Shown here: piece after piece, positions 59,668 through 64,000 of the stretch | How positions within the stretch are numbered: the stretch's first letter is position 1 | Layout: each line of letters starts with the position of its first letter | Source: Eledone cirrhosa | Taxonomy: Eukaryota | NCBI GenBank assembly: GCA_964016885.1 | Contig: OZ024756.1 | Span: 31,372,001-31,436,000 of the forward strand | DNA: 64,000 nucleotides | Direction of reading: 5' to 3' | Notes under the pieces: generated by a model | What the model was told of the DNA's origin: nothing | Databases searched by the model: none | The model's input: the letters and a program-made list of their open reading frames with translations, nothing else | Made by a program: the position numbers and the translations under genes

Positions 59668-61023
59668 GCAACAACATAATCACCACGAACGCCACCGCTG
59701 CCGACACCACCAACAACACCAGCAACAACACCATGGACACAAACCACCAACACCATCACTATCACCACCACCAACACCACCATTAGCACCACCATTTTAC
59801 AAACACAACCACCATCACCACCATTTTACAAACACAACCATCAGCACCACCAGCACCACCAACAACAACCAGCAACAACACCATAGACCCAAACAACAAC
59901 ACCATCACTATCACCACCACCAACATCACCATCAGCACCACCAACAACAACCAACAACACCAACAACAACACTATGGACACAAACAACAACACCATCACT
60001 ATCGCCACCACCAACACCACCAACACCCCCACCACCAACACCACCAACACTAACACCCCCACCACCAACACCACCAACACCACCAACACCACCACCACCA
60101 ACACCAACACCACCACCACCACCACCACCACCAACACCACCAACACCACCAACACCCCCACCACCACCAACACCACCAACACCCCCACCACCAACACCAC
60201 CACCAACACCAACACCAACACCAACACCAACACCACCAACACCACCACCAACACCTCCACCACCACCAACACCACCCCCACCACCAACACCACCACCAAC
60301 ACCACCAACACCCCCACCACCAACACCACCACCACCAACACCACCACCAACACCAACACCCCCACTCCCACCACCCCCACCCCCACCCCCACCACCAACA
60401 CCAACACCACCACCAACACCACCACCAACACCACCAACACCACCAACACCCCCACCACCACCACCACCACCAACACCACCAACACCACCAACACCACCAA
60501 CACCCCCACCACCAACACCAACACCACCACCAACACCACCACCAACACCACCACCAACACCACCACCAACACCACCAACACCACCACCACCACCACCAAC
60601 ACCACCAACACCCCCACCACCAACACCTCCACCACCACCACCACCACCAACACCACCACCACCACCACCAACACCACCAACACCACCTAACAGAACCAGT
60701 CAAGAAATTAGTCTAAATATAAAATAACACAATATAGATATTCTTTGTTAGTAGCAGAGAAAACTTTAATAAATAAATTACTAAATAAAATAAATAAAAA
60801 TATTCTTTGGTGGCGAAAATATTTGGGACGGGAGAGAGTTAATATTATTTTCAGAACAGTCAATTTATCTTTTGTGAAAACTTCAAGGAAACATAATTGT
60901 ATTGTTGTTGTTGATACTGTTGTTATTGTTGTTGATACTGTTGTTGATACTGTTGTTGTTGTTGTTGTTGATACTGTTGTTGTTGTTGTTGATACTGTTG
61001 TTATTGTTGTTGATACTGTTGTT

Positions 61024-61069
<46 letters not shown>

Positions 61070-61412
61070 GTGATTGTGGTGGGATGGTGAGGGTGGAGGA
61101 GGGAATTGTTGGTTAGTTGATGTTGGTTGATGTTCGTGGTATAGTGGTTATGGTGGTGGTGGTGGTTCTGGTGGTGGTTATGGTGGTGGTGGTGGTTATG
61201 GTGATGGTTATGGTGGTGGTGGTGGTGGTGGTGGTGGTGGTGGTGATGGTGGTGGTAGTGATGGTAGTGAATGTGGTAGTGGTGAGTGTGGTAGTAGTGG
61301 TGGTGGTGGTGGTAGTAGTGGTGGTGGTGGTGATGCTGGTGGTAGTGGTGGTGGCGGAGGAGGTGGTGGTGGTGGATATGATAATATTTGTAGTAGTAAT
61401 AGCAGTAGCAGC

Positions 61413-61489
<77 letters not shown>

Positions 61490-61508
61490 CAGCATCAGGA
61501 GCAGCAGC

Positions 61509-61558
<50 letters not shown>

Positions 61559-61565
61559 CAGCAAC

Positions 61566-61612
<47 letters not shown>

Positions 61613-62365
61613 AGGTGATGGCGGTGTTCTGGATATGGTATTGTTGTGGTACTGGTACTGCCTTTGTCGTTTGCAGTGTCGTTCCTCTTGGTGTTGTTGT
61701 TATTGGGTGGTAGGGGGTCGTTAACAATGGCGGCGGCGGCGGCGGTCCCGGTCACATCAATGGCGGTGGTGGTGGTGGTGGTGGTGAGAGTATTATTGAT
61801 GTTGTGTTTTTAGGCAATTTCGCATGTTAGTATATAAGACCTTTCATATTCTGTTGCTTTTTGTGTGTCCTTTGTATTTCTTATACAGCTGCTGTTGTTG
61901 TTGTTGTTGTTGTCTTGCTTCTTATTCTTCTTCTTCTTCCTGTTGTTATTGGTAATGAGGTTGTTGTGGATAGGGTTGTTGTTGTTGTTGTTGTTGCTGC
62001 TGGTATTGCTATTGTTGCTGTTGTTGTTATTTTTGTTTTTGTTTTTTCTTCTTCTTGCTGCTGTTATTTATAATGTACTTGTTGTTGCTGTTGTTGCTAT
62101 TGTTGCTTCTTCTTCTTCTTCTTCTTCTTCTTCTTCTTCTTCTTCTTCTTCTTCTTCTTCTTCGCTTTCTTCGTTTTCATTTTTCTTCTGTTTTCTTCTT
62201 CTTGTTGCTTTACTGCTTCTTCTTCTCCTCCTCCTCCTCCTTTTTCTTCTTCTTCTCCTCCTCATCCTTCTCCTCCTTTTTCTCCTCCTCCTTCTTCTTC
62301 CTCTTGCTGCTGCTTTTATTGATAATGAAGTTGTTGTTGATATTGGTAGTTGTTGTTGCTGCTGC

Positions 62366-62426
<61 letters not shown>

Positions 62427-62540
62427 GCTACTGCTGTTGCTGATATTTCTCAGTGTTATTGTTGTTGCTACTGCTGTTGCTGATATTTGTCAGTGTTATT
62501 GTTGTTGTTGTTTGTGTTGCTATTGTTACTGTTGTTGTTT
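59637..62540. repeat. large compound trinucleotide microsatellite field (CAC/CAA, GTT, GGT, GTA, TTC)
   Basis: Direct inspection. Source of the poly-T/N/V ORFs. Confidence 0.9.
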
Positions 62541-62933
62541 TTATGCAATTTTGCATGTTAGTATAAATATAAAACAATGTGTTATTTCTACTTTGATAAG
62601 ATTTTCCATAACAAAGCAGAGTTTTTTACTATATTTTTCTCAATACAAAGGAATTTTAAAGCATTGTCATAAAAATAATAATAACAATGAAAGTTATAAC
62701 GTGGTGATAATGATGTATATATGTATGTAAGTATGTATGTATATATGAATATATGTACGTATGTGAGTAAGTATGTATGTATGTATGTATGTATGTATGT
62801 ATGTATGTATGTATGTATGTATGTATGTATGTATCTATGTACGTATGTATGCGAGTATGTACGTGAATATGTATATATATATATATGTATATGTATGTAA
62901 GTGTTTATTATCTATTTATAAGTGTATGTATTT

Positions 62934-63003
<70 letters not shown>

Positions 63004-63089
63004 CATATATGTTGCTTAAGTACATCTCTCTATCTATCTATCTCTATCTCATATATAGACAGAGAGATTGACATGCCGACAGAAAGACA

Positions 63090-63117
<28 letters not shown>

Positions 63118-63124
<7 letters not shown>

Positions 63125-63300
63125 ATGCTTTGGGAGGGTCATTTTGCCAATAAGAAACACACGCACCAGTTGCTTTCACTCCAATTTATTATAAATTAAA
63201 TTTATAAATTCTTAAATTTATAAATTTAATTAATAATAAATTGAAGTGAAACAACTGGTGCGTGTGTTTCTTATTGGCAACTAGACCCTCCCAAAGCATA
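63118..63300. mobile_element. palindromic copy of the 27933-28354 family (no HHR retained)
   Basis: ATGCTTTGGGAGGGTC...CACACGCACCAGTTG / CAACTGGTGCGTGTG...GACCCTCCCAAAGCAT, flanked by (TA)n. Confidence 0.85.
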
Positions 63301-63391
63301 TATATATATTAAGAAGAGCAGAAACAAACAAACATTAAAGAATTTTTTTTTAATATTTTTTTTAATGATTTAAATATGTACCCGTTCATAT

Positions 63392-63471
63392 GCTATTACC
63401 GGCGGTTTCGCTTTACAAAAGGTTAGAGATTCGGAGAATTTCTAACAGAAAAGTAAAGTTCATCAGATAGC
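63392..63471 (-). ncRNA. type I hammerhead ribozyme motif (in element ~63310-63580)
   Basis: Minus strand GCTAT CTGATGA A CTTTAC...GTAAAG C GAAA CCGCCGG TA ATAGC. 5-bp stem I, two-part stem II, GUA site, A-C mismatch at the base of stem II. Confidence 0.82.
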
Positions 63472-63796
63472 TATTTCCATTCAGTAGGAAACTAGTTCCA
63501 CAGTTTGCAAATATATTGCCAACTACCAGCTGGTGTGAGTAAGGCCGTTAGAATGACCCACACATGAACTGGCCACTAGAAAAAAAAAAATATATATATA
63601 TATGGGGGTACTTAAATACCCTCCCTCTTTCTCTCTTTATATATATATATATATATATGTGTGTATGTGTGTGTGTGTGTGTACATACACACACACATAC
63701 ACACACACATAGACAGACAGACTGACGATCCGACAGACAAACAGATAGATATATGCATATATATATATATATAGGGTTGCTTAAGTACCCTCCCCT

Positions 63797-63840
<44 letters not shown>

Positions 63841-64000
63841 CTCACTCTCTCCATTTATATATTTATATATATATATATATACATACACACACACAGAGAC
63901 ACATAGACAGACAGACAGACTAAGACTAACAGACAGATATATACGCAAGCTGCCAAGTAGGCAGAGTAGATAACTATACAGATCAGTACAGATGATACGA

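Noticed and set aside
59974-60690. 238-aa Thr/Asn/Pro mucin-like ORF
   Set aside because: Pure CAC/CAA slippage repeat, open in several frames, with no signal peptide or splice support.

Overview
AT-rich animal genomic DNA, most likely cephalopod/Octopus-like (inferred from the SINE families and extreme microsatellite load), with a 200-N assembly gap at 32404-32603. I see no intact host protein-coding gene; almost all listed ORFs are microsatellite artefacts. The non-microsatellite islands are mostly mobile-element remnants: tRNA-derived SINEs (often in tandem arrays), RTE-derived bipartite non-autonomous elements, an R4/Dong-like RLE LINE fragment, a Tx1-like LINE 3' end, mariner remnants and a Penelope-like GIY-YIG fragment. 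The main signal is a set of short elements, mostly embedded in (TA)n, that carry type I hammerhead ribozyme (HHR) motifs. There are eight motifs with both core boxes (7304, 11263, 11540, 24524, 28157, 34845, 50904, 63392) from about seven unrelated families, plus degenerate or half motifs. Many of these elements form head-to-head palindromes whose apex lies at or next to the ribozyme and whose 3' ends run outward into (TA)n. Several families share a GAGTRC-like motif about 45-70 nt before the 3' junction. This looks like a (TA)n-targeting Penelope-like/retrozyme system. All alignments and folds were done by eye.
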